Positions 29,727-50,119 of a DNA stretch of 64,000 nucleotides are shown here, piece by piece (position 1 is the first letter of the stretch; each line of letters starts with the position of its first letter). The notes beneath the pieces were generated by a model that saw only the letters and a list, made by a program, of their open reading frames with translations, was not told the DNA's origin and did no database searches. Both the position numbers and the translations under genes were made by a program. This DNA comes from Eledone cirrhosa (Eukaryota). Location: NCBI GenBank assembly GCA_964016885.1, contig OZ024743.1, positions 85,808,001 through 85,872,000 of the forward strand, written 5' to 3'.

Positions 29727-32700
29727 GATTTATCTGACTTTGAAAACGATATAATTTCTATCATACAAGGGGTCAAATTCAAGAGAAACTTCAAAGGCCA
29801 GGAATATCTGAAAGGCATTAAGGATAACATTGAGAGCTTAGAGAAAACTGAGAAGATCTTGGTGAAATCTGACAAGACCAACAACCTCTATGGAGTGCAG
29901 AAAGACATGTATAATGGCCTCATACTGAAAGAGCTGAGGAAAAAGTACAAGGTAGCAGATAAGGCCGAACTTGAGAAAATGAATGTCGAAGCATCGTGTA
30001 TAATGCACGAGTTGGAAATTGAGAACAGAACACAACCTTTCGTGCCCAGGAAACCGAAGATCAATATGAAGGATCACAAGAGGAATTTTGAAAATGACCT
30101 GCCAGTTAGATTGATCGCACCATCAAAATCGGACCTGGGCAAATTAAGCAAAAACATTCTTGACAGGGTGATACAGCAAATTAAGAACTTGGATTGTGTA
30201 TCTAACCTGAGCTTGTGGAAGGGAACTGGAGAGGTTGTTGAGTGGTTTAAGCAAATTAAATATAACAATAATAATAGGTTTATTCAACTTGATATAGCTA
30301 ACTATTATTCTTCTATTACCCCTAGTCTACTAAATAAGGCACTAAATTACGCATTCAAACATACTGACCTAACTAGCAAAGAAATGCATATTATATTATC
30401 GGCTAGGAAAACTTTGATAGAATTTAATGACAAACTATGGACCAGAGCAGATAGAGATAGCAATTTTGACATAACTATGGGATCATCCGACTCAGCTCAG
30501 GTAACTGACCTTGTGGGCTTATTTTTAATCAATTCGCTACATAGGAAAATACCTGGTACTACCGGAGGTTTATATAGAGATGACATGCTTTTACTTATTA
30601 ATAATAATAACCCTGAACTAAATAGAAAATGTAAACAAATTACAAAATTTTTTAATTACTTTAATCTTAAAATAGAAATTGAGAACAACCATAGAATAGT
30701 CAATTTCCTAGATATAACATTAAATCTCAACACATGTCTCCACTATCCTTTTCACAAGTTGAATGAAAACTTAAACTATGTCAACTTTAACTCTAACCAC
30801 CCCAGATCTGTCAAAAACACTATAGTAAACTCTGTTCAAAAACGTATCTCTAGGATCTCGTCGAATAGAAAGATTTTCGACGAAAAGGCCCAATACTATA
30901 ATGAAGCATTAGCTAGAGCAGGATATGCTGATAAGATTGTGTACATAGATAATGATAGACAAACTAAACAAAGTAACAACTTTTTTAATTACGGCAACAA
31001 CCTTAACAACTATAATAGAAAGCACTACAATAATTCCAAAGGCCAAAAAAGAAATAGAACTAGGAACATAATTTGGTTTGCCCCCCCCCCCCTTTCTCAC
31101 TAAACATTAAAACCCACATCGCTAAACTATTTTTCAAAGCTCTTGATAATCGCTTCCCTAGAACACATAGGTATCACTCAATTTTCAATAGGCATACAAT
31201 TAAATTAACCTACTCATCCACCAAAAATTTAGCACAAAATATTAATAGAATAAATAATAGGAACTTAAAACCTAGTGATAATAGCATAAATAATATACAA
31301 GTTAACAAATGTAACTGTAGAGATAGATCTAAATGTCCGTTAAATAACAACTGCTTAGTTAAAAATATAGTATACAATTGTAATGTTAATACTGACTCTA
31401 ATTCTTTTAACTACGTCGGTTCCACATCGACGGAATTTAAACTTCGCTATAATAACCACAAGAATTCTTTCACAGATCCAAGCAAAAAATCTTCAACGGC
31501 ACTATCAGGCGTACTCTGGCAACTTAAGCTAGATAACGTTAGATATTCGACGGCTTGGAATATAGTCTCAAGAGGGATTCCTTTTAATTCATCCTCTGAG
31601 ACATGTGACCTCTGCGCAGAGGAGATATTCTTTATACTAAAATCTAAAAATTCCCTTAATCTACGGACAAATTTATTCAGTTGTTGCAAACATAGATTAA
31701 ACTCAACGTTTAAATATAAATTTAAATTTAAAATGTAGTATATTTAGTTTGATTTATATTTATATGGGAAACTAGCCGATAAATCTTTGATTCCTTCTTT
31801 TTATTCTTTTTATTTTTTATTTTTATTTTATTTTTATTTAAACATTCCTCATGAAAAATTAAGCTACCCTAAAAGCTGATGCTCCAAATATTTTGAATAA
31901 ACCTTACACTAGATAAACTTCTATATTAAATATAAGAACACATGTAGACCAAATTGAGCATCATAAACTTTTTGAAATGATCTTTGCTTGACGTGATTTG
32001 ATAGATAATTTTTGGCTTTGTCTGTTTTTCGACTCTGATGCTTATAATGAACTTGGCAATATATTGTCAATTAATTTTGAAGGGTTGATCTTTGTGGTTT
32101 ATTTTTATTTTTATTATTGTAGTATTTTCTAATATTTTTTATTTTTATTTTTATTTTTAATATCTTTAATATGTAAATTTTTTAATATGTAATATTTTTA
32201 ATATGTAATATTCTTTCGTAATATTTTTTTTTTTTTTTTTTTTATTTAGTTTTTTTAGTTTTTTTAGTTTTTTTAGTTTTTTTAGTTTTCTATTTTCTAT
32301 TTTATTATTACTTATTATTATTATTGTTATTTTTTTAGTTTTGTTTCTGATATATATTTTTATTAGTATATTGAAATCTGCTCTCTATTTCTGCTTGATA
32401 GATAATCTTGTAGAGTAAAGACAGGAATAATAATACACATATATGTATACTCAAATTTTTATACCACATTGAGAATGTTTTCCGTGAACTTAGAGTTTGC
32501 AGAGTTGATCATGTGGATTCACATGGATGTTTGTAGCTATCACATAAACATATGAATTTTTTTAAAAAACTAAACATAAGATAATTAATTTTCACACACT
32601 ATGGATACTTGTCTCATTCAGGAATACTGATATTTACAATATAGTGGAAGTTTTATAAATACTAATACATTAAACATAGGGTTTTTACGCCTCGAATATA

Positions 32701-33372
32701 TCTGGCTATTTTTAAATTTTTTCTCTCGCTATTTTTTTTTCTCTCTCTATATTTTTTATCTCTCTATATATCTCCCTTACATTAATACTAGAGCTAAATA
32801 AATAAATAAATAAATAAATAAATGTATCATTGATACATTTACCCAACTGATCTCCCACTACCTAATTTTCTCTATATATATGTATCTATCTCTATTTCCT
32901 CTCCCTATATATATATATATATCTTTCTTTACATGAAGTTCTTCTCTTTATCTATCTTTCCATCTCTCTATTTTGTTCCATGCATTTCTTCTTTTTCTTC
33001 TTTTTCTTCCTTTTCTTCGTTTTCTGTCTTTCTTTCTTTTTTTTTTTTCTTTTTTTTTTTCTCTCTTTCTTTCTCTCTGTGTAACATTTTTTCACTGCCA
33101 ATCCAACCTCTTCAAATGCAAGTCGGTGTTGTTACGGTATGTCGAATCTATTTATCTATAAAACTGTTTATATTGTATTTTGTCTGAGGAAGGCATAGCA
33201 TATTGTTAATATGATATCCCCGAAATATATATAATGAAATAAATATGGTTTTATAAATATAGTTTCCATTTATTTAATATTGTAAATATACTCCAAATAT
33301 TTGTCGAGTGCTTTTATATCAGTTATAAATATTTACTAGTTGTAACCCAACAATTTTAAATATAACTTTCCA
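29727..33372 (+). mobile_element. Penelope-like element, Naiad-like, 5'-truncated, one frameshift, ~1.6-kb 3' UTR
   Basis: KSDKTNNLY, MKDHK, VRLIAP, FIQLDIANYY, FDITMGS, GLYRDD, NFLDITL, KRNRTRNIIWF.PP; then CNC..CPL..CL, IVYNC, YVGST, RYNNH, CDLC..E, LN.R...C.H. Frameshift falls in the poly-C at 31081-31092. Confidence 0.92.
33176..33241 (+). ncRNA. Degenerate minimal hammerhead in the Naiad 3' end
   Basis: CTGAGGA, hairpin catatt gtt aatatg inside gg/cc, GAAA-tata-TA; helix I is imperfect. Confidence 0.55.
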
Positions 33373-33428
33373 TATATATATATATATATATAATATATGT
33401 ATATATATATAATATATATTATATATAT

Positions 33429-33549
<121 letters not shown>

Positions 33550-33584
33550 ATATATATATATATATATAATATATATATATATAA

Positions 33585-33749
33585 TATAGTAATAATAATA
33601 AAATTGAAGACTAAAATCCAAAGAGGGCTCGATAAGGAAAATATATATCAAATATATAAAAACCGTAGAGCAAATATTTATTAAAATAACAGATTAAAGT
33701 TTAAGCAAAGAATCGCTGCTTTCACCCTTAACGGGATCTTCTGAAGATT
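33585..33749 (-). mobile_element. PLE-type 3' tail with a decayed hammerhead-like motif
   Basis: Minus strand aatctt-CAGAAGA-tccc gttaa gggt-GAAA, AATAAA, then a tail ending in (TA)n; its last 34-49 bp recur at 29681-29729 and 27650-27683. Confidence 0.5.
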
Positions 33750-33806
33750 ATATATATATATATATATAATATATATATAATATATATAATTATATATATA
33801 TATATA

Positions 33807-33895
<89 letters not shown>

Positions 33896-33959
33896 ACATA
33901 TATATATATATATAATGTATATATATAATATATAATATATATATATAATATATATATAA

Positions 33960-34193
33960 TTGTTTCTACGTTAGGCACAAGGCCAGCAAATACCCAGTGC
34001 ATTACTGGTACTTTATGTTATTGACCCCGTAAGGATGAAAGGCAAAGTCAACCTCGGCGGGATTTGAACTCAGATCCTAAAGGGACGTAACTATGCTGGA
34101 AAGCATGGCGTCCGACCCTCTACCGATACTGCCAATCCACACCCTTATATAATATATATATATAATCCACACCCTTATATAATATATATATAT

Positions 34194-34224
<31 letters not shown>

Positions 34225-34413
34225 ATATATATATATATATACAATATATATATATAATATATATATATAATTGTTTCTATTTTAGGCACAAGGCCAGCAA
34301 TTACCCAGTACATTACTGGTACTTTATTTTATCGACCCCGTAAGGATGAAAGGCAAAGTTAACCTCGGCGGGATTTGAACTCAGACCGTAAAGGGACGTA
34401 ACTATGCTGGAAA
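33960..34413 (-). mobile_element. Two SINE copies (33960-34142 near full length; 34270-34413 5'-truncated) in (TA)n
   Basis: Same family as 3200-3386. Confidence 0.9.
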
Positions 34414-34464
34414 TATATATATATAATATATATATATAATATATATATATAATATACATATATA

Positions 34465-34495
<31 letters not shown>

Positions 34496-34502
34496 TATAT
34501 AT

Positions 34503-34546
<44 letters not shown>

Positions 34547-34669
34547 ATATATATATATTATATATTATATATATATTATATATATATATATATATATTAT
34601 ATATTATATATATATATTGTATTTATATATATTATATATATATATATATTATATATATTATATATATAT

Positions 34670-35548
34670 ATATTGTTATACTTTGGGAGGGTCATGTTGC
34701 CAATAAGAAACACACGCACCAGTTGCTTTCACTTCAATTTAATTTAATATATATTTATAAATTTACAAATTTATAAATTTCTGGTTGGTTGGTTGGTTCC
34801 ACAACCAGATAGTTGTTTATATATATATAGTCATAGTTCTTTCGTCACACACTCTGTGACCTCTTCAGTGACTGGGGATTTCTTTCTTCGTTTCTGTGCC
34901 TTTCCTTTCTTCTATCCTACGCCAGATTTTAGTATAAAGAATATCTCCTCTGCGCAGAGGTCACATGTCTCAGAGGATGAATTAAAAGGAATCACTCTTG
35001 AGACTATATTCCAAGCCGTTGAATATCTAACGTTATCTAGCTTAAGTTGCCAGAGTACGCCTGATAGTGCCGTTGAAGATTTTTTGCTTGGATCTGTGAA
35101 AGAATTCTTGTGGTTATTATAGCGAAGTTTAAATTCCGTCGATGTGGAACCGACGTAGTTAAAAGAATTAGAGTCAGTTTTAACATTACAATTGTATACT
35201 ATATTTTTAACTAAGCAGTTGTTATTTACCGGACATTTAGATCTATCTCTACAGTTACATTTGTTAACTTGTATATTATTTATGCTATTATCACTAGGTT
35301 TTAAGTTCCTATTATTTATTCTATTAATATTTTGTGCTAAATTTTTGGTGGATGAGTAGGTTAATTTTATAGTATGTCTATTGAAAATTGAGTGATACCT
35401 ATGTGTTCTAGCATAGTTACGTCCCTTTAGGATCTGAGTTCAAATCCCGCCGAGGTTGACTTTGCCTTTCATCCTTACGGGGTCAATAACATAAAGTACC
35501 AGTAATGCACTGGGTATTTGCTGGCCTTGTGCCTAACGTAGAAACAAT
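34670..35548 (-). mobile_element. Chimera of PLE1 pseudo-LTR, Naiad GIY-YIG segment and SINE
   Basis: 34670-34924 = RC of ~16335-16585; 34924-35411 = RC of 31158-31645; 35410-35548 = RC of ~33959-34097. Confidence 0.92.
34829..34873 (-). ncRNA. Minimal hammerhead, third copy of the PLE1 motif, intact
   Basis: Reverse complement is identical to 16386-16430. Confidence 0.8.
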
Positions 35549-36866
<1,318 letters not shown>

Positions 36867-37066
36867 NNNNNNNNNNNNNNNNNNNNNNNNNNNNNNNNNN
36901 NNNNNNNNNNNNNNNNNNNNNNNNNNNNNNNNNNNNNNNNNNNNNNNNNNNNNNNNNNNNNNNNNNNNNNNNNNNNNNNNNNNNNNNNNNNNNNNNNNNN
37001 NNNNNNNNNNNNNNNNNNNNNNNNNNNNNNNNNNNNNNNNNNNNNNNNNNNNNNNNNNNNNNNNNN
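36867..37066. other. Assembly gap, 200 N
   Basis: Run of N; the round length indicates a scaffolding join, so adjacency across it is unverified. Confidence 0.99.
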
Positions 37067-37266
37067 ATATGTGTATATGTATATGTGTATATGTATATAT
37101 ATGTATATATATATATGTGTATGTGTATATGTATATATATGTATATGTGTATATGTATATATATGTATATATGTGTATATGTATATATATGTATATATAT
37201 ATGTATATGTATATATATGTATATATATATATATATGTATATATATATGTATATGTATATATATGT

Positions 37267-38785
37267 ATAATATATAAGATCAAAAGATGGTTAAAAGAGT
37301 TCCATGTATTTTATGCGCATTTCAAAAACAAATATGTGATGATATTTGCGTTTTCGTCAGATAAAATAGGGAGACATCATATGAAGGTAAAAATCACTTG
37401 TGAATAGTGCCTTTTAAATCAACATATGAAAAGTATATACATATACACATATATATATACATCCAAGACGTAATCTCTGTTTATGTGAGAAATTATATCT
37501 AATTTAGATTCTATAATAAATAGACGCACTGCCTTGTTTTCTCTCTGCTTGCATAAATTCCACAGAACATTCCATAAAGTATACAGCTAATATCTAATAC
37601 TTTACCATTTTAAAATCCTTTTCTCAAAGGCACATATATTTCTTTAAAAATATACCCATCTTTCTACCTTATTTCAATGCTATTTATTATACATTATATA
37701 ATACTAGTTTCTCATTCTATATCATTCCTATTTATCACTTCCCTTTCTTTCTTTTTTCCTTTTTTCTTTTAATTTCTAACCTCTAATGTGTACCGTTTCT
37801 TCCTAGATACTTCTCAATTCTCATTACTCACCACAATATATCCTTACCCTTTTAAATACTTTATAATATCACCTTGAAAAATCCTTCGTAAACATAAACA
37901 TTTTTTTGATGTTAGATTATTCATCCTCAATTCATTATTTTTTTCTCCCTTCATGCTCATCTAACTTATACATATTTTACTTATTCATCCACTCTTCTAC
38001 TTCTTTTCACAATATATCCTTAATTACATTACTATTGTTATATTTTTATATTTTTAATAATACATATCAACAATTTCTTTCCATCGCACATATTATTAAA
38101 CCCTTAAATATTATTCTTAATACATATTAACAATTTCTTTTCATCGCACATATTAAACCCTTAAATATTATTCTTAATACATATTAACAATTTCTTTTCA
38201 TCGCACATATTATTAAACCCTTCAATATACAAACCTTAATTTAACATTATTCTTAAATTTTTATCTTCGTTAATTTTCAAATTCTTTTAATTTATATATT
38301 ATCTTGCAACGGTTTTTTAACCTCTCTATGTAAAACAATATATTTTCTCAGTTATAAAAGCTATCTCTCTCTATCTATCACCCATCTCTCATCCTTCCTT
38401 ATTATACTCCTCCCCCTTCCATTCTTTACTCTCATCTCCTCCTCTTTTCATCGTTTCCACCCCACCACCCCTCAATTTTTTTTTTTCTTCCCAATATCAC
38501 ACATCAATCTAAAACTACTTTTCATATGTTGATTTAAAACTGCACTATTCACAGGTGTTTTTTAACCTTCATATCATGTCTCCCTATTTTATCTGACGAA
38601 AACATAAATGTCATCGCATGATGATATTTGTTTTTGAAATGCGCATAATAAAATACATGGAACTCTTTTAACCATCTTTTGATCTTATATATTATTTATA
38701 CCACCAGTCCTACAAACTGTAGAGTGCTACTTATCCAATATCTGCATTGCTTTATTGTACTACAATAAAACTCACCTCCTACATG
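37267..38785 (+). mobile_element. Heavily 5'-truncated Naiad-like PLE with an inverted terminal copy
   Basis: 37267-37435 is the RC of 38516-38695; 37465-37590 translates to RNLCLCEKLYLI...INRRTALFSLCLHK, similar to the C-terminus of ORF 31073-31738; long AT-rich 3' UTR with a ~60-bp tandem repeat (38056-38222). Confidence 0.75.
38585..38655 (+). ncRNA. Type I hammerhead ribozyme, intact (damaged inverted copy at 37307-37368)
   Basis: tattttat-CTGACGA-long helix II (aaatgtcatc gcat gatgatattt)-GAAA-tgcgca-TA-ataaaata; 8-bp helix I, palindromic helix III. Confidence 0.88.
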
Positions 38786-40168
<1,383 letters not shown>

Positions 40169-40400
40169 TTGGATAGCGTCCCGGAGCTTCTTGGTGGTTT
40201 TGTCTCTGTTGGTTCTCTTGGACCACATATCATTAGCTCTACTAAGTTATGATCCGAGAGAATTGTTGGTGTCACCTTTACATTGTGGATGAGCACTTCG
40301 TTGTTTGTAAACAGAGGTCCAGGACATTTTCGCCTCTTGTTGGGAGGAGTATTGCTTGCTCCATGAACAGTAGGATGTTGAGACTCTGGTCCAGTTTGTA
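40169..40400 (-). repeat. Inverted duplication of the adjacent LINE 5' segment, with an internal deletion
   Basis: 40169-40370 = RC of 40569-40772; 40368-40400 = RC of 40428-40458. Confidence 0.92.
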
Positions 40401-40427
40401 TATGTATATACATATATATATATATAT

Positions 40428-43037
40428 ACAAACTGGACCAGTCTCAACATCCTACTGCTGGGAGACTTCAACCTACCAAAGGTCAAATGGCCTGAGGGCC
40501 ACCTCCTCTCTGGAATGACGTCAATAGAACAGAGACAGACGGAATCCCTGCTGGCCCTCACACACAGGCTGTTCATGGAGCAAGCAATACTCCTCCCAAC
40601 AAGAGGCGAAAATGTCCTGGACCTCTGTTTTACAAACAACGAAGTGCTCATCCACAAATGTAAAGGTGACACCAACAATTCTCTCGGATCATAACTTAGT
40701 AGAGCTAATGATATATGGTCCAAGAGAACCAACAGAGACAAAACCACCAAGAAGCTCCGGGACGCTATCCAACCTTAACTTCTACAAGGCTAACTGGAAA
40801 AAGATTAAGAGTGAAATCCGGAAGCAAACATGGAGTGAAAACACTGCCACACAAGACACTAACACACAATTTCAACACTTCATGACAACGATACACACCA
40901 TATGCAAAAAGTGTGTCCCGGAGAAAGAGGCAAACAGACACAAAAATCTTATTCCCAGAGATAGGAAAATCCTTATGAGACGTAGAACTAAACTCTCAAA
41001 CCAGTTGAATAGTCAACAAAACAAAAACAAGAAGGAATCCCATTTGAAACGTGCACTACTTGACACCGAGATTGCACTCAAACTTTCACATGAGAATGAG
41101 AGGGCAAAGAAAGAGAACAGGGCCATAGAAAACATTAAAACAAACCCTAAGGCCTTCTTTAAATTTGCAAAAGAAACTGCCTCAGTACACTGCAAGATTG
41201 GACCACTCTTCCACACGGACGGTTCATTAACCGAAAATCCCCAAGAGATATGTGAAATACTGAACGAACAGTACAAAAGTGTCTTCACATGTCCACTGAG
41301 GCACATGCAAATAACGAAGCCAGAGGAGTTCTTTGATGCCACAACACTACATCAAGAAATGGCAACCATCAACCACATAGACATAACGGAGGAGGATGTA
41401 GTGTACGCCATTGATGAAATTAGAACAGACTCGGCTGCTGGACCTGATGGATTCCCAGCAGTTCTCCTAAAAATATTGTAAGCGGGCCTTAGCAACTCCA
41501 CTGAAGATGCTCTTCAGAAGCTCCTTGGCTAGCGGTGTACTACCCAGGGAGCTGAAAGAAGGCACAATATGCCCTATCCATAAAGGATGTAGTAGAGCGG
41601 AGGCCAAGAACTATAGGCCAGTCTCCCTGACGTCGCATATCAGTAAGGTCATGGAGCGAGTCGTCAGAAAGAAACTAATCACTTTCCTCGAAGAAAATGA
41701 CCGCCTGACTAGCACGCAACATAGCTTCCGCCCAGGAGGAAGCTGCCTTACACAGCTGCTACATCACTACGACTGGGTACTGAGACAACTACTAGACAGC
41801 TCACATGTGGACGTGATATATCTTGACTTTGCGAAGGTCGACCACGGAATGATATGTCACAAACTACACGGACTCGGCATAACTGGAAAAGTAGGTGAGT
41901 GCTGCATGGCTTCCTAAGGGACAGAAGCCAGGCAGTCGCAGCAAATGGGGCCCTCTCAAAGGAAACACCAATAACAAGTGGAGTGCCCCAGGGGACAGTC
42001 CTGGGACCACTACTGTTTTTGGTGGCTCTCTCGGACATGCCCTCTGTGGTGCATGCAACAACATCCCTCACTAGCTATGCTGATGACACTAAGGTAGCAC
42101 AGGCAATCAAAAACCCGGCTGACGCTGCCCTCTTACAGCAGGATCTGGATGCCATATACAGATGGGCGGAAGAAAACAACATGCAGTTTAATGCTGGCAA
42201 ATTCCAAGCCCTACAATACAAACCTGCAAACACAAATATAGTGGAACACAGCTACACAGGACCAGGAGGGACCGATTATCCCCGTGTCAAAATCGATACG
42301 AGACCTGGGCATAGACATGAGCGATGATGCATCTTTTTCTTCACACATCATGAAGGTGGCGACATGTAGACGATTCGCTGGCTGGATCTTGAGGACTTTC
42401 CTTACAAGAGATCGAGACACCATGTTGACACTGTGGAGGACTTTTGTCCTAAGCCGCCTGGACTACTCCCAGCTGTGGTCACCCCATAGTGTCAAACTAA
42501 CCACGGAGCTTGAGGCAATCCAGCGAAGCTACGCCAAGATGAGGGAGACGAGCTACTGGGAGAGGGTGAAGGAACTGAACCTCTACTCTTTGGAGCGAAG
42601 ACGGGAGAGATACGCAGTGATCTACATGTGGAAAATCCTGGAGGGACTAGCACCAAACTTTGGCATTGGGAGCTGGACCAACCGTCGAACAGGACATCAC
42701 TGTGTGGTGCCAAAGGTCCTGTCTTCCACATCTAGAATAAGGAGCAGGTATTGCAATAGCCTGGGATTCAAGGGCCCTCAACTCTTCAACAGGCTGCCGA
42801 GGCATCTGAGAGACTTGCATGACGTGGAGGTGGATGTCTTTAAGAAACATCTCGACACCTTGTTATCCAGGATCCCGGATGAGCCCACAGCAAGACCATG
42901 AGGGAAACCTAAGGGCAGCAGCAACAAACTCCCTCCTACATCAGTGGCCAACCTATACAGGCTGGAGATAAAATGTGTAGCAACAAGGGCGGTGCCCCAG
43001 CATGGCCTCAGCCGGATGGCTGAAACAGGTAAAAGAG
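40428..43037 (+). mobile_element. CR1-group LINE, 5'-truncated in the APE domain, frameshifted, 3' end intact
   Basis: [80 protein letters not shown]. Confidence 0.93.
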
Positions 43038-47493
<4,456 letters not shown>

Positions 47494-47630
47494 TTAGAAA
47501 GTGAGGTTTTTTTTACAAAATGAAAAATAACCGAGGTGTCCTACACGAGTGGAAGTATAAAGAAAAAGGGATGAAATCGAAAATGCAACTGAAGTCTTAT
47601 TTTTTTTTAAATATATATATTTATTTGGTT

Positions 47631-47668
47631 CCTTTACCGGTTTCGCAGTTCTTCTGCTTTTCAAAAGG
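47631..47668 (-). ncRNA. Minimal hammerhead, U3:A8 core variant
   Basis: Minus strand cctt-TTGAAAA-gcag aagaa ctgc-GAAA-ccgg-TA-aagg. Confidence 0.78.
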
Positions 47669-49998
47669 TGAGTTGAGATGGAGGGTCTGTGGTTTTTCTC
47701 ACATCTGGTTGGTCTCTAAATGTTACTTGTTTTATATGGAAAAAGTGGCTCGAAAACCAGGTTTTTCGAGAAGTAATTTGATTGGTTTGTCAATAATTAT
47801 AATAAATTTTGCGCCAGTTCGCGTTACAATAGTTCTTCAAATAAGAGAGGGGGGGTTGTCACAGGTTGTGTTTTCATATATGAGTGTTTGAATTTCTTTT
47901 TACTTGAAAAAATGAGGCTCATGAAGGCTTTTTTTTGGTTGATTATAAATGAAACTTGGCTGTCACATGAACAAGTTTTCATTACATTTTTGCGCCCTTA
48001 TTTGGAAAACTATTCTGTAGTCTTTATAGTGAATGTTATGACAATGGAGAGATAGTGGTCAAGGGAAAAGGGATTGGGAGAAATGTTCTGGTTCAGTGAA
48101 TATGGCCAGCTGTCAGAGTTCAGATTTTCTATTGAGACTGAAGATATGTGTTTATTTGTGTGCTTGTGTGTGTGTATTGGAAGATGATTCTATTAGTAGA
48201 GATGGGGGAGGGAGTTGTGTGTGTGTGTATATGGGTGTTATGTGTGTGTGTGCGAGTATGTTAGATGGAGAGAATATATATTTTTTGTGTGTGTGTATAT
48301 ATATATGTGTGTAGGAAAGTGGTTCTATTAGTAGAAATGGGGAGGGGGTTGTTATGGGTGTTATGTGTGTGGGAGTATGGTTAGCATGTTAAGATGAAGA
48401 GAATATATATATATATATTGTGTGTGTAGGAAAATGATTCCTTTAGTAGGAATATTTTTGAATGAACATATTTTCCTGACTTTTTCGTGTTTGCTGTTGT
48501 ATTGCCAGTGCAAACGTATGTTAAGGTTTATTTAGTTCGGGTTTTTATTTTCTAAAGTAGAAGGTGTTATGTGTGTGTGTGTATGTCATATTGTGGTGTT
48601 GACATAATGTATATTAAACCTTATTTAATGTTGGTCTATATTTTTGAATAAACATATTTTCCTTATTTATTCGCATTTGTTCTGTTGTATTGTTAGCGCA
48701 AAGGTAAAATGGGAAGACTTGGAATTTGGGTGTCTTATTACTTGCGCAAATGTCTAGATGTGCACTTAGTGGTATCTGTCTCGTGGTTGGATCTCGTAAT
48801 TGTTGGCGATGAACTGCCATTCTGTTTCTGAGTGTGAGTTTAGTTTGTCCTATATAATCTTCATTGCATCCTTTACATTTAATGGCATAAATTAGATTTT
48901 TTGATGAGCAAGTGAAGTGATTTTTTACAGTAAAATTTTGTCCTGATTTAAATGTATACGTGTTGCCTTCAATGAGGTGGGTGCAGGTTCCACAATTAGA
49001 GCGACCACATTTTTTGATACTTGGTTGTGGGTTTGTGGTAGGTAATTTGGCATTGGTGAGTAATGTTTTCAGTGATTTTGGTTGTCTTTTGCTTTTGATT
49101 ATTTTGTGTGTTTCAAGGGCTTTTTTCATTCTTGGGTTTTGTTTTAGTAGTGGGATGTTATTGTGAATAGTGTTGTAAGCTTCCGCATTTCTTGGGTTGT
49201 GTGTTGAGATATATGATAAAATATTGGACGTACCTTGAATTTGTTTCTGTTTCCGTAATTCATCAATGCCTATTGCTTTAGCCCTTTCTATTCCATTATT
49301 TATTAGTAATAGTACTCTCTCTCAAGTAGAATTTCCTTTAATTCTTGAAGTCTTTTATTTCGCGTTTCATAATTGGAGACAATTGTGCAAATTCTTCTTG
49401 CTAGGTTAAAAGGAATGTTCGTCTTCGTGTGCTTTGGATGGTTGGAGGTGAATAGCAGATATTGTTTGGAATCTGTTGGTTTGTAGTGTATGTCAGTTTC
49501 GATATTTGTGTCTTTTTTTGTGATTAAGATGTCCAGAAATGGGAGTTGATCTTGGCTGTATTCCATTGTTAATTGGATGTGGTTATTGATGCCGTTTATT
49601 AAGTTTTTGAAATCCTTCAGTTGGTCGAGTGTGTGGGACCAAAGAATGAGGCAATCGTCCAAGTAGCGTTTCCAATTCTCTGATAAATATTTGTGGAAGT
49701 TCAATCCGTATTTTGATTTGGACTGTTCATATATCTGGACTTCTAAGTATGCCATGACTAAGTTGGCATAAGTTGGAGCGGCTTTTGTGCCCATCGCAGT
49801 CCCCGATATTTGCTTGTAAGTATTGCCATCGAAATCAAAAAAGTTGTTCTGTAGGATGAATTTTAATCCCTCGGTGACAAACCAATCAAATTACTTCTCG
49901 AAAAACCTGGCCTTCGAGCCACTTTTTCCATATAAAACAAGTAACATTTAGAGACCAACCAGATGTGAGAAAAACCACAGACCCTCCATCTCAACTCA

Positions 49999-50036
49999 CC
50001 TTTTGAAAAGCAGAAGAACTGCGAAACCGGTAAAGG
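49999..50036 (+). ncRNA. Minimal hammerhead, U3:A8 variant (inverted copy)
   Basis: Same motif on the plus strand. Confidence 0.78.
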
Positions 50037-50119
50037 AACCAAATAAATATATATATTTTTTAAAAAAATAAGACTTCAGTTGCATTTTCGATTTCATCCC
50101 TTTTTCTTTATATATATAT

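Larger units (their letters stand above)
47494..50113 (-). mobile_element. Penelope-like element (Neptune-like), 5'-truncated, with an inverted pseudo-LTR copy
   Basis: GTAMGTKAAPTYANL, WKRYLDD, LPFLD, SNHPKH (49303-49880); CGRSNCGTC, FTCSSKNLIYAIKC..C..YIGQT (48614-49129); 47556-47792 is the RC of 49875-50113. Confidence 0.93.

Noticed and set aside
29700-29729. Start of the 467-aa ORF (MKTKIQRGLD)
   Set aside because: It derives from the non-coding tail also found at 33585-33633, not from the element's N-terminus.
29727-33372. Selenoprotein-type Naiad (in-frame UGA plus SECIS)
   Set aside because: No in-frame TGA in the retained coding region; ATGA..GA candidates near 31851 and 32047 do not form a convincing SECIS helix. 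The missing 5' part cannot be assessed.
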